DNA of 64,000 nucleotides from Guillardia theta CCMP2712 (GCF_000315625.1 NW_005434647.1:675807-739806), one strand, 5' to 3'; shown: positions 25,633 through 38,779, counted from the first letter of the stretch. The notes: generated from the sequence alone by a model not told the origin. Made by a program: numbers and translations.

Positions 25633-27162
25633 ATGAGAGTCGCTCCTCCCTTTGCGCATGTTGCGATCGTTCGGGGTGCGATAGCGCGTAACCTCATTTA
25701 TTCATTGCGAAGCAGTGATCCTCGAATGCACTCCCGGCCAACATTCCATCGCTCTACCAGGCCAGGAACTCATCTTGTCTCGAGACGGATGCTTTCTTCG
25801 GATGAATCCGTCGCCAGGAAGGAGGAGGAAAGTAGCGACACGTCGGGTAAGATCTCTTTCCTCGGGATGCCTATCGGGACCCTTGCGGGCACCTTTGGAA
25901 GCATACTTGGCGTCGGAGGAGGGGTGATCATGGTTCCCCTGCTGACGTGCAAGCCCATGAGCATGCAAGCAAGACACGCTTCTGCCACGTCCTTGGTGGC
26001 TGTGCTGGGCACAGGGCTGGTTTCGGCAGTGCTCTACTTCAGGTATGCAGGAATGCTGCATCTCGCTGCTTGACGAGCTTCTTTTGCGACAGCTACGGGC
26101 AGGCGGATCCTTTTGGCGCTGGAATCCTCGCAGTGGTAGCCATGTTCTCAGCGCCAGGTTTGCTGACCTCAATCCTTCCGCCGTCTGACTGAGGGTACAG
26201 CCGGCGCTCGAGCCACAATGAAGATCTCGCACAAGACCCTCAAGAAGGTCATGGGGGTATCGCTTGCTATGCACCTGCTCACTGCAGCATGAAGAGGTCT
26301 TTTAGGTGTTCCTTACGATATCGGCGCCGCTTGTCCCCTTGAGGGAAGGGCTCCTTGAGTCCAGCCACAAGAGTAACCTCCTGTCGGATCCGTTCTTCAT
26401 CTCGTTGCACGGTTACCCAGCGCAACGGCGTCATAAGTTGTTGATTGGCTTCTGCAGACGCAGAGAAGAAATATTTCCCGTACCTCGATGTCGTCTGCGA
26501 TCAGTGCAAGAAATCCTTCGGAGAGTTTCCAGGTTGCCGTGCCTGTCATGTGTCCGGGGCAATGTGGCTGAGAACTCTGGCAGGTCTCATGTCTGTTCCC
26601 AGTCACGCGAGGGTCCCCTACATCAGCATCCTTGTTGCAGCAGGTTGGCAGCTGCTGCAGAGGCACGACTGACGTTCCACGGGATTGATGTTCCACTCAG
26701 GGGGGACTGCGGGATACTTGTCGGGATTGCTGGGAATCGGAGGAGGTATCATAGTTACACCCTTGCTCGCCTTATTCTCAGGTGAAGGAAGGAGGGTGAG
26801 TGAGAAAGACTGAGAGAGCTGCAGGAATGTCACAACATGCTGTCGTGGGAACATCGATGGTGGCGATGATCTTCCCTTCGGCAGTTTCTCTGTATACTCA
26901 TCATCGCTTGGGCAATGTAAGGTGGCGAGGTGAGCTTCAGTATGCGGAAGAACGTCAGTTGACATCCATGAAAGTGGGGAGGATGCTGTTTCTTGGATCG
27001 ACTATCGGGGCAGCTCTTGGAGTGCAGGTAGCGGCTGCTTCCGGCCCACTGGCGCATTTGACGCTCCCGCTACAGATAGCACAACATGTACAGGACGACA
27101 CGTTGAAGTATATCTTTGCTGTTGGGATGCTGGGACTCGGGATAAAAACTTACAAAGCTTGA
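25633..27162 (+). CDS. TauE/SafE (sulfite exporter) family membrane protein with an organellar-type leader; multi-exon
   Basis: GTLAGTFGSILGVGGGVIMVPLL...ARHASATSL and a second repeat GGTAGYLSGLLGIGGGIIVTPLL...SQHAVVGTSMVAM...GNVRW. Confidence 0.88.
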
Positions 27163-27272
27163 TACATCGGAGCAGACTACCCACATTCCTTGTGCACAGA
27201 AGAAACCAAGCTTCTCCTCCTGGCTATGCATGCTCCATGGGCTCATCTTACAGGGATCCAAAGGCTTCATTT

Positions 27273-27668
27273 TTATCTCACAAGCGGCCTCTTTCTTTCT
27301 TCACAACCGCAAGAGCTGCTGCGATACTTCTGCATCTCAATCAAATACTCGTCTCTCCTCCTCTTCCTCATCCGATCTTCAGGTTCTGGTTCAAGTGAGG
27401 GGTCTTTCTCTTTCTTTGGTTTGGTTGAGAAGCTTGTCAACATTGTTCTGGTTGCAACGATCTGCTTTCCATCCACCTTGATCGTTGTTTTCTCTGCTCC
27501 TTTGTCCTGTCTATTCTCCTTCTTTTTCGCAGCAAGGAACTGCTCCATGAAGCTTCCATCGTTCGCAAACAGCAGCTTCATCGTTGAAGATGAGCGCTCG
27601 TTGTTAGCAGAATCACGCTCCTTGCTCTCATGCTGACTGTTCTGCTCCTTTGATTTGCTCTCAGTCAT
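27273..27668 (-). CDS. TRIR/C19orf43-like small protein (telomerase RNA-interacting RNase family), intronless
   Basis: FANDGSFMEQF and C-terminal YLIEMQKYRSSSCGCEERKRPLVR* match the family's FANDGSF and Y..EV.KY....C.....RPLVK motifs. Confidence 0.75.
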   Translation of the reverse strand: MTESKSKEQNSQHESKERDSANNERSSSTMKLLFANDGSFMEQFLAAKKKENRQDKGAEKTTIKVDGKQIVATRTMLTSFSTKPKKEKDPSLEPEPEDRMRKRRRDEYLIEMQKYRSSSCGCEERKRPLVR

Positions 27669-28661
27669 GGGCTGCAACTGCACAAAAATGTGAACATGTC
27701 ACAAACTTCCATATCGCTTGCTGTGAGATCATTGCTAAAGCATCTGACATGACATTACCTACCCAGTACAGGTATGATCAAAGGTAAAGCCGATGGCTGC
27801 AAGTCCGAAACACTCCCTTCCGCCTCCTTCCCTGACGATTCAGCATGCAGGTCAGTTTGAGCCTGGGCATGTTTGTGTAGATCTTGATAGTGGTAGATCT
27901 AGACCTCAAGAATATTGCGGATCTTACAAGCCAGTTGTTTGTATCGCTGGTGTTGTTTCTGTACCCTTGCGCTACTGTCTTCTTGTATCTTGATACATTC
28001 TCACGGGTCCCTTCATTTCTGTTCTCAATCGCCGCATGTTGATATGGCACCAATACTTTCACACTGCCCAGTCTCAATCCTGCTCCCCTCCCACTCCCTC
28101 CCGCACAGCTCCATCACTCCTCCTTTCCCTCCTTCTCCAAGCATGGCACCGCCTCTCTAGCTTCATGCTCTACCGAGCATTGCAGCTTCATACTGAACAG
28201 CATCGACTCTGCTGCCGCTGCACCGCTAGTTGCGCCATCGCTGCCTTCACGCTGCGTTGCCCGCGCATCGGGACCACAAACTCGCATCGAAAGAATTCTC
28301 GGTCTGTGTGGGGATGTGGTTACCCGGGAAGTGGGTATGTGGGGTATGTGGTCCCGGGCTCGCGCGGAGGTGGACTCGAAAAATGCAGAGGGGAAGGGAG
28401 GGGAAATTGGCGGAGAGAGGCGGGAAGAGAGCAGGGGGAGAAGGGGGAGCAGGAGGAGGGTGGGGGGGGGAGGGGCAGAAGGAAGAAGGAAGAAGGAAGA
28501 AGGAAGAAGAAGTCAGAGGGATGGTTGAGCGAGGTCAGACAAGAAGTGCTCCATGGTGAGGGATGTCTGAAATGAAGGGATGGTCGTGATGCCTGAATGC
28601 AAGAGATGTCTGATATGAATGAGAGCACAAGCAGAGCGATTGAGGTTGAGAGATGTATGTG

Positions 28662-28693
<32 letters not shown>

Positions 28694-29234
28694 GTCCGCT
28701 CTGGAGTTGGAGGACGAAAAGAATCGAGAGGACGGGTGGATGCAGGAAGGGAAGGGACTGAGCAGTGCTGTGAAGAGGCAGAGAGAAAACAAGTGGGAGG
28801 AATGCAGATGAGTGTAGGCGTGATGGTGAACTGTGTGGACCGAGATGCTATGTGATACTGAGGCCGTGTGAGTGTGCATGAAGCGAAATCTGTCCTTAAA
28901 AGTTAGTTTTGTCGTGTGATCAGAAAGGTGTATCAGCTTTCATGTTGTCCGTCTCGAATTTGTCATGATGAGCCATCAGCATGTGCCCAAGATGAAATCA
29001 TTGATGTTAGATCAGTCTACAACCATCATGTTGTAGCCATCTTATTGAAGCTCTGATGCTGTTTCTCGTGATGTTATCAACAAAATTGAGCGTGTCATGG
29101 CTGAGGGCTGAAGCTCAACAGGCTCAGTGCAGCGCCTGTAGCGATCAACACATCCTTCCCCTCGGCAAGAAACGTGCGATGACACTAATGACATCTTTAC
29201 AGGCTCTTGCTTGCTCGACCTGAGGACCCGGACT

Positions 29235-32200
29235 ATGTCCAAAAGGAGTCTTGGCAATGAGTCCGGGCTACGAGCCCTTAAGAGGATCCAACTACTGCGG
29301 AAGGATCAGGACTTCAACAAGACCCTGCTGACCTCGTGGAAGGAGCGGAGGAGTGCTCCAACCTTGCTGCTGCAGTCGGAGGCTGTGGATGTCTCGCCAG
29401 CTCTCCAACACCTCTGTAAACTCTTCTTCCATGGACCTTGTCCGAGCCCGATGCTCAAGGAGTATATCAAGGAAGCGATCGTCAGCTGGTGGCCCACTCA
29501 CTCTCAGACGGTTGCAGAGACGATGATGGGGATGGTGGAGAAAGCTGATCCGAGCAAGGCGCACCAGTATCAAGCCGTTGTTGAGATCGCAAAGGTGTTT
29601 GTGTGGAACGGTTGGTGCAAGCGTGAGGCGGGCAAGCTTTCTCTGTGCGATATGCCGGAGGATCAGCTGCCGACAAATGTCGTGCTGCCATGCCTGAGAA
29701 TGTTTTTGAAGGGAATCAAACATTGGAACGAGACCGTGAAGCTCTCTGCGACTGACCCACTGGCGATGCAGGAGCTCGTGGACGGATGTGTGGAGATGAA
29801 CATGGAACTCTGTGTTGCTTCGCTCAAGAGCGTTCTTCATTCTGACTTCTTCTTTGAGAACATGGTTCACATCGCGATGGTCAACGCGCAAGATTGGGAG
29901 GGATTTTCATCCGACGTCCATGAGCTGTATCAGAGCAACAAATCGTCTACCAAGTTGCAGAGCCTATGGAATGACCTCAAAGTCTACAACGATCCTCTGC
30001 AGCTCTGCCTCCTATGTGAGCCCTCTCATCTCAGAGACACTCTTGGTGTAGACATGCAGAACGATGACGTCACGAGGAGAACGCTGATGTTGGCTATGTG
30101 GTCGACCATGGATCGCTCGAGTCACAGCAGTGCGGACATTGACGACATGGCCTTGTTCATGCATGACATCAGAGACTTGCAGGGCTCTCGCAGCGTTCAC
30201 TTTGCCTACAACCTCTGGCTCTCTTTGCTCTTCATCTTGAGCAGCTCCAAGCTCGGGACCCCCGACCGTATCGTTGCCCGTCACTTCCTCCTCTGGCACT
30301 TGCCCAAGATCATCCTGTCTATCGGGCAGGTCGAGAACGAGGTCAAGATCTGGACGCGGTCGCCCTTCATGGGCATCTTGCAGGTCGAGGACCTCCTAGG
30401 AGCGCAGGGCGTCATCGAGCAGGCGTTTGCACGCGTGCGGCAGTGGCCGCAGTTCCTGCATGTCAATGTTCCCTCAGCTCCCACCAACACGCCCGACGTC
30501 TGGAACCTAGTCTGTGACGCCTTCACTGATCTTGGAGCCATGGACGAGCAGCAGGTCCGCATGCACATCAAGCCGCTGGTCCAGTGGCAGAAACCCGCGC
30601 CGGAGAGCACGAGCCGGGATGACCTGCGGAAGAACGTGGCTCCCAAGTGTGTGGAGGACGTGCTTGCGATCGAGAGCATGGTACAGGACGAGTGCCGCAA
30701 CATGGCGCACATCCACAGCCAGGTGACTGGCAACGCGCCCGTTCTGCAGCTCTGGAACTTGCTGTGTGAGGAGGTCACCAAGGGCTCCCGGTGCAGCGCT
30801 GAGTCAGCGCGGGTGATCGCGACCTTCCTCGGAGTTCCTCCTGACCTCGCCAACGACCCTGTGCCCGTAGCCGTCTACGTTCACTTCCTCAACAACGTCA
30901 TCAAGTCTCCTGCCACCATGGACATCGTGAAGGCTCAGCGGTACCTCGAGAACGTTCTGTTCGGCATCTCCTTCCGCCTCGACGTCCTCGGGAGCAGAAT
31001 GCCGAGCTCAGCGCCGGACTCTCCGAACTTCGAAGTTCACAAGCAGTTTGGCGACATCTTCCTGATCGCCTGCCTGATCGTCAACCGTTACAAGCTCCAC
31101 CAGAGCGACATCTTCATGGAGAGTCTGGAGCGCGAGTCCCTCAAGTGGACGGCAGAGGATGCGCGGGGCTGCTACGCCTGCTGGCTGCGGCGGCACTCGG
31201 AGATACAAAAGTATGGCAAGCTGAACATGGAGGACCGAACGGTCGAGAACAAGCTCGTCGAGTCTGTTTTCAATCAGAACTGGGGCAAGAAGGCGGAGCT
31301 GGAGAAGGCTGTCAAGACCTTCACAGCTTGGGCTGTGCTGGAGTGTGTTCCAAGCTTTGCCGAGCGAGTGTTTCAAGGGTGCTGCGCTGATCGCATGCAG
31401 TCTCAGGCAGCTGCGCAGGCGCTGCACATGCTCATCAGTGTCGTGCGGTACGCGATGGTGGACACTGTCGCTCATCTCTGCATGCAAGCGACTTCGCACA
31501 GGACGGAGCAGGGAGGGAAGAACGAGGCCGTGTCTTGCAAGAAAGCCATCGAAGTCCTGCTGAAGCTCCTCACGGACTTGACAGCAGACGAGACGAAGCC
31601 TCTCATCGTCATCGATCGCAACATGTCCCTCGTCCTCCACAGGCTGCCGGAAGACAGCGCATCTCAGGTGAGCCTTCCCCGCCCCCGCCTCTCTGACCCC
31701 CTGAGCAGCTCAAAAAGAAGCTCCAGAGCTCCCTCGACCTCTCGCCCATCGACCTTCTCAACCACAAGAAGGTCATCTATGACGTGCTCGTCAGCATTCA
31801 CCGGGGAGGCCCCCAGCTGCAGCATAGCGAAGCCATGCGTCTCCTGCGTCGGAGGATCGAGCCCTACGAGCTCGCCAAGGGGATGATAGACGAGGTTATC
31901 TTCCTGTCCTCGCAGGTCACGCCCCACCCGCTCCTGCTCCCACCTGATGCGGATGCAGAGCTCGACTGCTGCAAGCATCGCGACGACCTTCAACCTGTGT
32001 TCCATTGGCACTTTCCTCCTCTCGCACGGATCCCTTGTACCGTTCCTCGTGCTCCTCTTCGCACATGACGTTGCGATGCAGGATGTCAACGGAAGGAACT
32101 TGATAGCCGAGTCTTTCATGCTCGAAGTCCTTCCCTCCATGCTCCTGCGGCTTGAGAATCAACGCCATGCGCTGCTGCTTGCCAGGTCCTGCTCCCCTGA

Positions 32201-32857
32201 TCCTCCCCTGCTCTAACTGGAACTGGCAGATTCACCACCATGCTCGCCATAGCCAACGGCTGCAACGCATGGAAGTCTCTTCGGCAACGGAACTTGATGG
32301 GCACTGGCGACATGTCTGTCAACGACGGGGCCTCGCATGCGCAGGCGGGTGAGAGGAGCGAGGGGCGGGAGGTGAAGTCGCAGCAGGTGGCGGTCGAAGC
32401 AGCCTTCGGTCAAGTGCCGCACATCCTGACTAGGCTCTCCACCTTGTACTCCACTAAGACTGGCCTAAGGTTATGAGCCTCCCCGTCCTGGCGCTTCTCT
32501 CACCCTCATGCAGGGATGCTAAGGAGGCGTCGATGCTCTCCTTCGCTCTTTCCATGCTGTCCAACGCCCTCCGCGTCCGCTGGTACGATGAGTTGAGATG
32601 AGGACGAAGAGGAAGGGAGAGGGTGAGGGAGATGGAGAGCGAGGGAGATGGAGGGAGGGGAGGATGGGGACGAGAGGCTGACAGGCGTTCAGGCTCTCGC
32701 AGTACATGGACCTGATGGTGGCGGCCGAGGCACTAAGAAGGTGACATAGATGTCTCCTCCTCTGCCGCTGTCCCTCACCCCGCACAGGATGGGCTTCCAC
32801 CGCCTTGCTTGGCTCGCCATCGACACGCTAAACCGACCGCAGCAGAACCCCATCTAG
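29235..32857 (+). CDS. Mediator tail subunit MED24/MED5(Nut1)/MED33-like; long first exon plus short 3' exons
   Basis: KTLLTSWKERRS...LFFHGPCPSPMLKEYIKEAIVS resembles MED24 N-terminal AWKERWS...IGPSPNPLILSYLKYAIS. FGDIFLIACLIVNRYKL resembles a conserved MED5/24 helix. Confidence 0.7.
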
Positions 32858-33014
32858 AGGTAACGCAGCAGGGAGAAGGAGCGTTCTACGTGAGCAGGAA
32901 CGGAGAGGGTGAGCGGCTGACGAGAAGGCAAGGGAAGTAAACCTTACAGGTGTATTCTGAAAATCGAAACAAAACTAGACGCCTCTACAGCGTTAAATCT
33001 ATACTACACGTCCT

Positions 33015-34788
33015 TTACCGTCCCATGACAACTCCCTGTAACAAGGGCATGCCCGTCAGCCTTGCAGCTGAAAGGTCCCAGCAAGGCTCCGAGTAGTCAC
33101 GAGCTGGAAATTGAACAGAAGGCCGGAGCCCGCCCAGGACTGAGGTGTTGTTTGCAAGCAGTCCGAGGGAGAGAGGGCTCGTCAGCGAGTTCAACAACTG
33201 GTTCTGCGAGTTGAGTGCCAGGAGGGCTGAAAGGTCCAAGGACTTGCTGGTGCTGGGCTGCATGAAGCTCAGCAAGTTGACAGACTGGGTGAGGCTCTCA
33301 GGAGGAGAGCTCGCCGCGCTGGTGTTTTGACTCGACGTCTCCTCAGAGATACTTCCACGTGCCTCCTCAAAGGGATTTGAGATCTGCACAGGATGTACAA
33401 CCTTGTGCCACGAGGAAGGTTTGTGCGCGTCAGCATTGAGCACTGCCGAGAACGTTGGGACTTTCGGCTCCTCACTGCTCTTCAAGTCAGCCAACAAAGA
33501 GAGCAAAGAAGGAGGAAAACACTGACCTGACATGCGCACTCAAATCAGTCGGGCTTTTCTTGTCGTTGACCTCCCCCAGGGAGCTCATGCACATGCTCTC
33601 CTGCCCAAGTCCGACGCAACGAGAGCAAGGTCTTTCCGTGTCGCATCGAACCTTGGACCTCCTACACGTGTCGCAAGCCATCTTCTTCGCCACTCTACAC
33701 CTCTTTGCCTTAATCTCGGTGAGTTGAGAATCAAAACCATCCATAGGCAATAAGGAGTCGGTGCTTGAAACGCTGTTGTTCCTCTTTGCCTCCATGATCG
33801 AGGACTCCTCCTTGTCATGCGCAATCTCAGCATCTGTCGCGCTTCCAGAGCACAGGTCTCCTTGTCCATTCCGCACACACCGCGTGCAAGGCCGCATGTC
33901 TTCACACTTGACTTTGGAACGTCTGCACGAGTCACAAGCTCTCTTGGTGGTGATTCTGTGACGTTTGCGAGCCTCCTCTCCCGCCCCACGTTCATGCTCC
34001 AACGAAGATTGATCTTGAGGATTCCGTAGAGCCACCAGTGAAGCAACGGCCTCGTCGGCATTGGAGGGCTCTTCCTGGCCTACAAAGTGCTGTTGATGCG
34101 AGAACAACCCAGCGATGTTGGATTGAAGTTGTTGTGGATTGACGTTTGTGTCGTGGGCAACGTTGTTGCTCAACTTCGCCTGGAGCTGCTGGATCAAGAG
34201 CAACGGATCGATACCTCTGGGCTCTGTCTTGGGTGCGATCAGATTGCATTGCTGCAACATGTCGAGTTGGAGCTGCTTTTGCTGCAAGTCCCGAAGTTGC
34301 TGTTGGATTTGTAGTTGCAGTTGAAGCTGCTGCTGGAAGTTTTGCTGGGGAAGAAACAAATCCGTATTCAGGGTCGGGGGGTGCTGTTGCAGGACCTGTG
34401 CAGCTGACATGCTTGGAGAGATTGAAGTTGGAGAAGCGAAGGACTGAGGTGACGAATTGTGCGCAAGGGCCTCAGAGCTCGAGCTCATTGCCGTCACTTG
34501 ATGCTGAACCAACGAAAGGGATCCATTGAGAGTTTCGAGAACGCTTGAAGGAATGCGCTGGGCTGACTCCGGCATTAAGGAATGGGTCATATGCAGAGGT
34601 GAAGTTTCTCCGAGTTTGGGATCGTGCGTGCTCCTGCTCAAGCATAGTTCCGCGTGGCCATTTCGAAGGCATCTGGAGCAGGGTCTAACTTCGTCGCACT
34701 TGACTTTCGATCTCCTGCATGGCTCGCAAACATTCGTGACATGCTTTCTTCTTCCGCGCGCTGCAATCGGTTCGCCTCCTGCCGCCAT
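33015..34788 (-). CDS. Transcription factor with three Zn(II)2Cys6 binuclear clusters and a Gln-rich region
   Basis: CEPCRRSKVKCDEVRPCSRCLRNGHAELC, CDSCRRSKVKCEDMRPCTRCVRNGQGDLC and CDTCRRSKVRCDTERPCSRCVGLGQESMC. A short intron at ~33478-33521 joins to ORF 33015-33539. Confidence 0.9.
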
Positions 34789-37056
34789 AGTTTCCGTCGC
34801 TTTTTTCCGAAAGCTCACCTGCCTCACAGGAATAACCCCTCTCTAACCCCTTTATACACCCCACCCCTCAACACAGTGCACCCTATCTACCACGTCGTAC
34901 GATGTGTGCATTTCATCAAATGTACCGGTACCTTTGTCGTATTTTTTAGGGGTCTTTTTCATAGAGTCTCAGTACCCACCCCTTGCAATCCTGATTTCCG
35001 GTCAAACCACCACCACCCCATTCCGATTGCATCCGCTCATTTTACCCCACGATCGTGACCAACGTGTGTCACGTCGATACCACTTATATGGCCCCACCCC
35101 CTTCCGCCCTACCCCACCCCTGTCTCCTACTCCCGAATGCGAATCGTTGCATCTTGTCATCCTGCCGAGTTTTCCGAGCGAAGCTCTACCCCGTTATATT
35201 AGCATCAAATCACGGGTACCGGGGTTTCCAGTACCCCCTCGGAACTGGTCTCTGGTATACGAAATCGGACGCCTCCCGAGACCACCCCCTACCCCCTATT
35301 TTACCAGTACCATATTCGGTTTCCACCGATTCTGTCTTGCATATCCCACTCGGACACTCCGGTCCGGCCAAATCCGATCGGGTAATTCCACTACCCTACC
35401 TCATTGCTTCCTTTTGTGTATACCTACCCATACTTTCACCATCAAGGATTAGGAAACCACACCCCTCCTCTGACTTTGGAATTTTCTGCATAACCCGCAC
35501 CACCCCACTAATGCCGTGCCTGGCAATTTTTCTGCGACTCCGACCGATCCGAGGAGTTGAAGTCTATTAAGGGACGGACTAAAAGATATAACTCAGGTCC
35601 CTACACATTCGATTTTCTAAGTCAGCTTCTAAGTCAGATGCGATATCCCTCGACCTATCAGGATATCTCCTCCCATCGGAGCTGGTCCGTCACCACCCTC
35701 TAGGATCCGCTCAGTACCCAGTGTTTTCCTATACAACAGGACCCGTTTAGAGCTTTGCTGTACCGACGGATGCTGACACGTTGGCATGTCATCTCCGGTA
35801 CCAGAACAAACTCTTACAATGACCCCTCCCCAGTATCTGGTACAAATTACTGGTGGTTACCCGGGAGTGCCGTGACTGTGCTGTAGTAAAAATCTCTCTT
35901 AGTTGAGAGGTGTCACGCGTTTTTCGGGCAGTTGTCACGAGCCCCTTGAAATGAAGCATTGACCCGGTGAGCACCCATGAAATCCCTCAAAGAAGGATGG
36001 AAAAGTGAGGGGTAGGTGGTGTCAAAAGGGATCAAACGAGTATGAGGGTGATGATATTGCGGAAGTGCATTGCAAGTCTCCGAGACTCCGTCGACAGGTA
36101 GAAAGTTGGTAGCCCGTGACACCCGGGAGGTGAGATAGCGAGGGCAGTAATCAAGAAATAGGAGAGACTCTATTAATTTCATGCGGGGCAGCCCTTCAAG
36201 CCCGGATGATCGGTGATCGATGGTTCCGAGATTTTTTTTCTTAAAAAAAACATTTTTCCACACGCATGAAGCGATACCTTGAAACTTTTGAGTTGAGGGC
36301 TCCCGAGACTCCGATCGGATCTCCTCGGGTCGGAGATAGATATCTCGCTTGATTCCGAGTTGTAAAGATTTCACGGGCCCCCCTCAGAACTATCTCAGCT
36401 GATCGGAGCGGCAAACGCCGAGGGCGGTCAGCAAGTCACGAATAATTGCCCCCCGAAGTCCAAAGGTCAGTCGTTTGCAGTCAGCCGCCTCGGAGCCTCC
36501 GATTCGGATCTTTCCGAGTGACTTTGACTAGGCGTAGTGGTACTGATCTTTAAGTCTCGGATCTTTAACCGTCCTCCGGGCCGGCGGCCTCTCCGACGGG
36601 GCCCCGGGTGACCACCGGCGGGCCAGACCGGGCCCGCCCCGGGCGGTTGACTCTGTGAAAGTCTCCTTGCCACACACGGGGGTTGTGCGAGTAAAGTAAG
36701 CTCTTTATACAGTTGTGCTCTTTATATCCGGTTCAATGCCATGATGCGAGACGGTCTCTCTTGTCTCTTCGTTGTAAAGGTTCTCTTGATATTGTTCCGC
36801 TCTTTTGGGCCGTCACGGGGAGATGTTGCCTCGGATACCGCCTTAGTTGTGGATGCCACATCATTCAAGCAAGCAACAGTACAGATTTGTTTGCGTCATT
36901 CGACGAATTCATGACTAAGACAAAAGGGTACAACACGACAACAGACTGGCAATGATCTAAGCTGCTATCTCGGCGTCGCACATCAGAAAGACTCTGCGGG
37001 CAACATCATCAGTAATCAGCAAGCATATATCGACTCGTACCTTGATCCTGTTCAAG

Positions 37057-38044
37057 TCATGGCTTTGGCTCGCTGTCGTCCTCAGATTTTCGCCTATGCT
37101 TTTCCAGGATAGATTTAGTCTCCATCAGCTCTCCCTCTTCTGCTGACGCGTCATCGAAAAAGTCCACCTCCTTCTTGAAAACATGTGCAACTTCGCTGAA
37201 AAATCTGATCTCCTCCTTAGCTGTACGTGAAGATAAAAACACAAACAGCCCCGTCGGTCCATGGATGTGTTCCGACAGGTACCCATACAACATCTTCTCC
37301 TCTGATAAACCAGGCATCAAAAGGTCCTCTGGTAACCCGATCCGTTTCCATACGGCCAGTCGTAAGCTATTATTCGTCTGCAAGTGCCTGTTCATGGAGC
37401 GCATAGAAAGCTGTCTTTGAATCATCAGCTCCAAGTCCTTCCGCGGCAAGCCTTTCTGTACAGAGTTGATCTCCTCGCCGCCGTCCTCACTGTTGGCAAT
37501 GATATCCATAGCTTTCCTAAAAAGATCCTCAACCAGATACCTGTGTTTGTGCAATCATTCAGTAGAGGCCACACCATGGCAAACAAAGTCTTCACCTCTG
37601 AGAGATGTATGACACTTGCCGTTTGTAGTAGTTGACAATAATCTGATGATAGTTCTCCGCCTTCTGCAGCTGCAGCTGCTTCTCCGCATCCTTATCATTC
37701 AGCGCTAGTGCAACGACATAGGCGGTCCCATTCGGATCTTTAATCTCCAGCAACTCACACGCATGCTTGAGATATGTTGAAGCGCGATAGCGAGATGACG
37801 CATGAGTATCTGTGGTGAAGGAGTGATAGCGAGATGATGTATGAGTAGCTGTGGTGAAGGAGTGATAGCGAGATGATGTATGAGTATCTGTGGTGAAGGA
37901 GTGATAGCGAGATGATGCATGAGTAGCTGTGGTGAAGGAGTGTACTCGCGGGTGAAGGCCTGAGGGGCTTGTATGGAGGCTTCTCCGAGCAGACCAGACA
38001 AAGCGGCGCAGTAGTTGCATGGCGATAGTTACGCTGTTTTCCAT
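37057..38044 (-). CDS. Hypothetical protein with a mitochondrial-type presequence containing 13-aa tandem repeats; two exons
   Basis: ORF 37592-38044 (MQLLRRFVWSARRSLHTS...) splices (QR|YLVEDL) to ORF 37057-37554. Confidence 0.6.
37786..37941. repeat. 39-bp coding minisatellite, 4 copies (SSRYHSFTT[AD]TH[AT])
   Basis: Unit gatagcgagatga(c/t)g(c/t)atgagta(t/g)ctgtggtgaaggagt. Confidence 0.95.
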
Positions 38045-38369
38045 GAGGGGTGCTAGACTGGGGAGGCTTGAGCTTTCGGAGGTCGAAATCAGAGCTCAAA
38101 GAGAACTTCGGCTTGGGATGATGACATTGAAATGGGTACATGATCCTAAAAAGACCGGGTAGTGTTGAGAGCATTGAAATACTTTCAGACGAGCTTCAAA
38201 CTGGCGCGAAAATCAAGACCCACAAACCTGCGAAAAGGATTCTTTTCGTTAGACAATAATATTTCAGAATCTTTTTCAGTGACAGTTCAAAATTTCAGAA
38301 CCGTAAAATCAAAATATTTGAGAATAAGAACCCTTTTCGATACGTGAAAAATTCCAGAAGGGAATTGGA

Positions 38370-38757
38370 ACTCGGAACCGTCGGAACGGAACCGGCGGAG
38401 GCCCAACGGTTACCGTACCGGGTGGGTCCCGGAGTCCTCAAAGTGCCAGGCTCATCCGGTCCGTTTTGGCTCGAAGCCTGCCCACAGTGTGGGCGTGGGC
38501 CGGGCCCCGGGCCGGGCGGCCCGGGCCCACGGTCACCGCGGGGCCCCCGGTACTAGCCTTAGTACTGACTCACTGACGCGGGCCCGCATCCTAGTGACTT
38601 GGCCCGGGGCCGAGCCAGTACTATAGTACCGGGGGGGGGGCCGGGGGGCGCTTAGTACCCCGGGCGACCCGCCGCTGATCGGACCGCCGCGTGACCCGTA
38701 GTACCGTGTCACAGCATCATAGTAGGGCGGCCGGAGCGGCCCGGCCCGGCCGGACAT
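38370..38757. other. GC-rich palindromic patchwork intergenic island
   Basis: ccgggccccgggccgggcggcccgggccc; perfect palindrome gtactatagtac at 38618-38629. Confidence 0.7.
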
Positions 38758-38779
38758 TTTTCAATCCTTTTTACAGGGG

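Noticed and set aside
35560-36960. tRNA or other structured ncRNA in the long intergenic stretch
   Set aside because: Only short hairpins; no cloverleaf or A/B boxes recognised.
37786-37941. Regularly spaced repeats resembling a CRISPR array
   Set aside because: The units are contiguous with no unique spacers, lie in frame within a eukaryotic CDS, and no cas genes are present.
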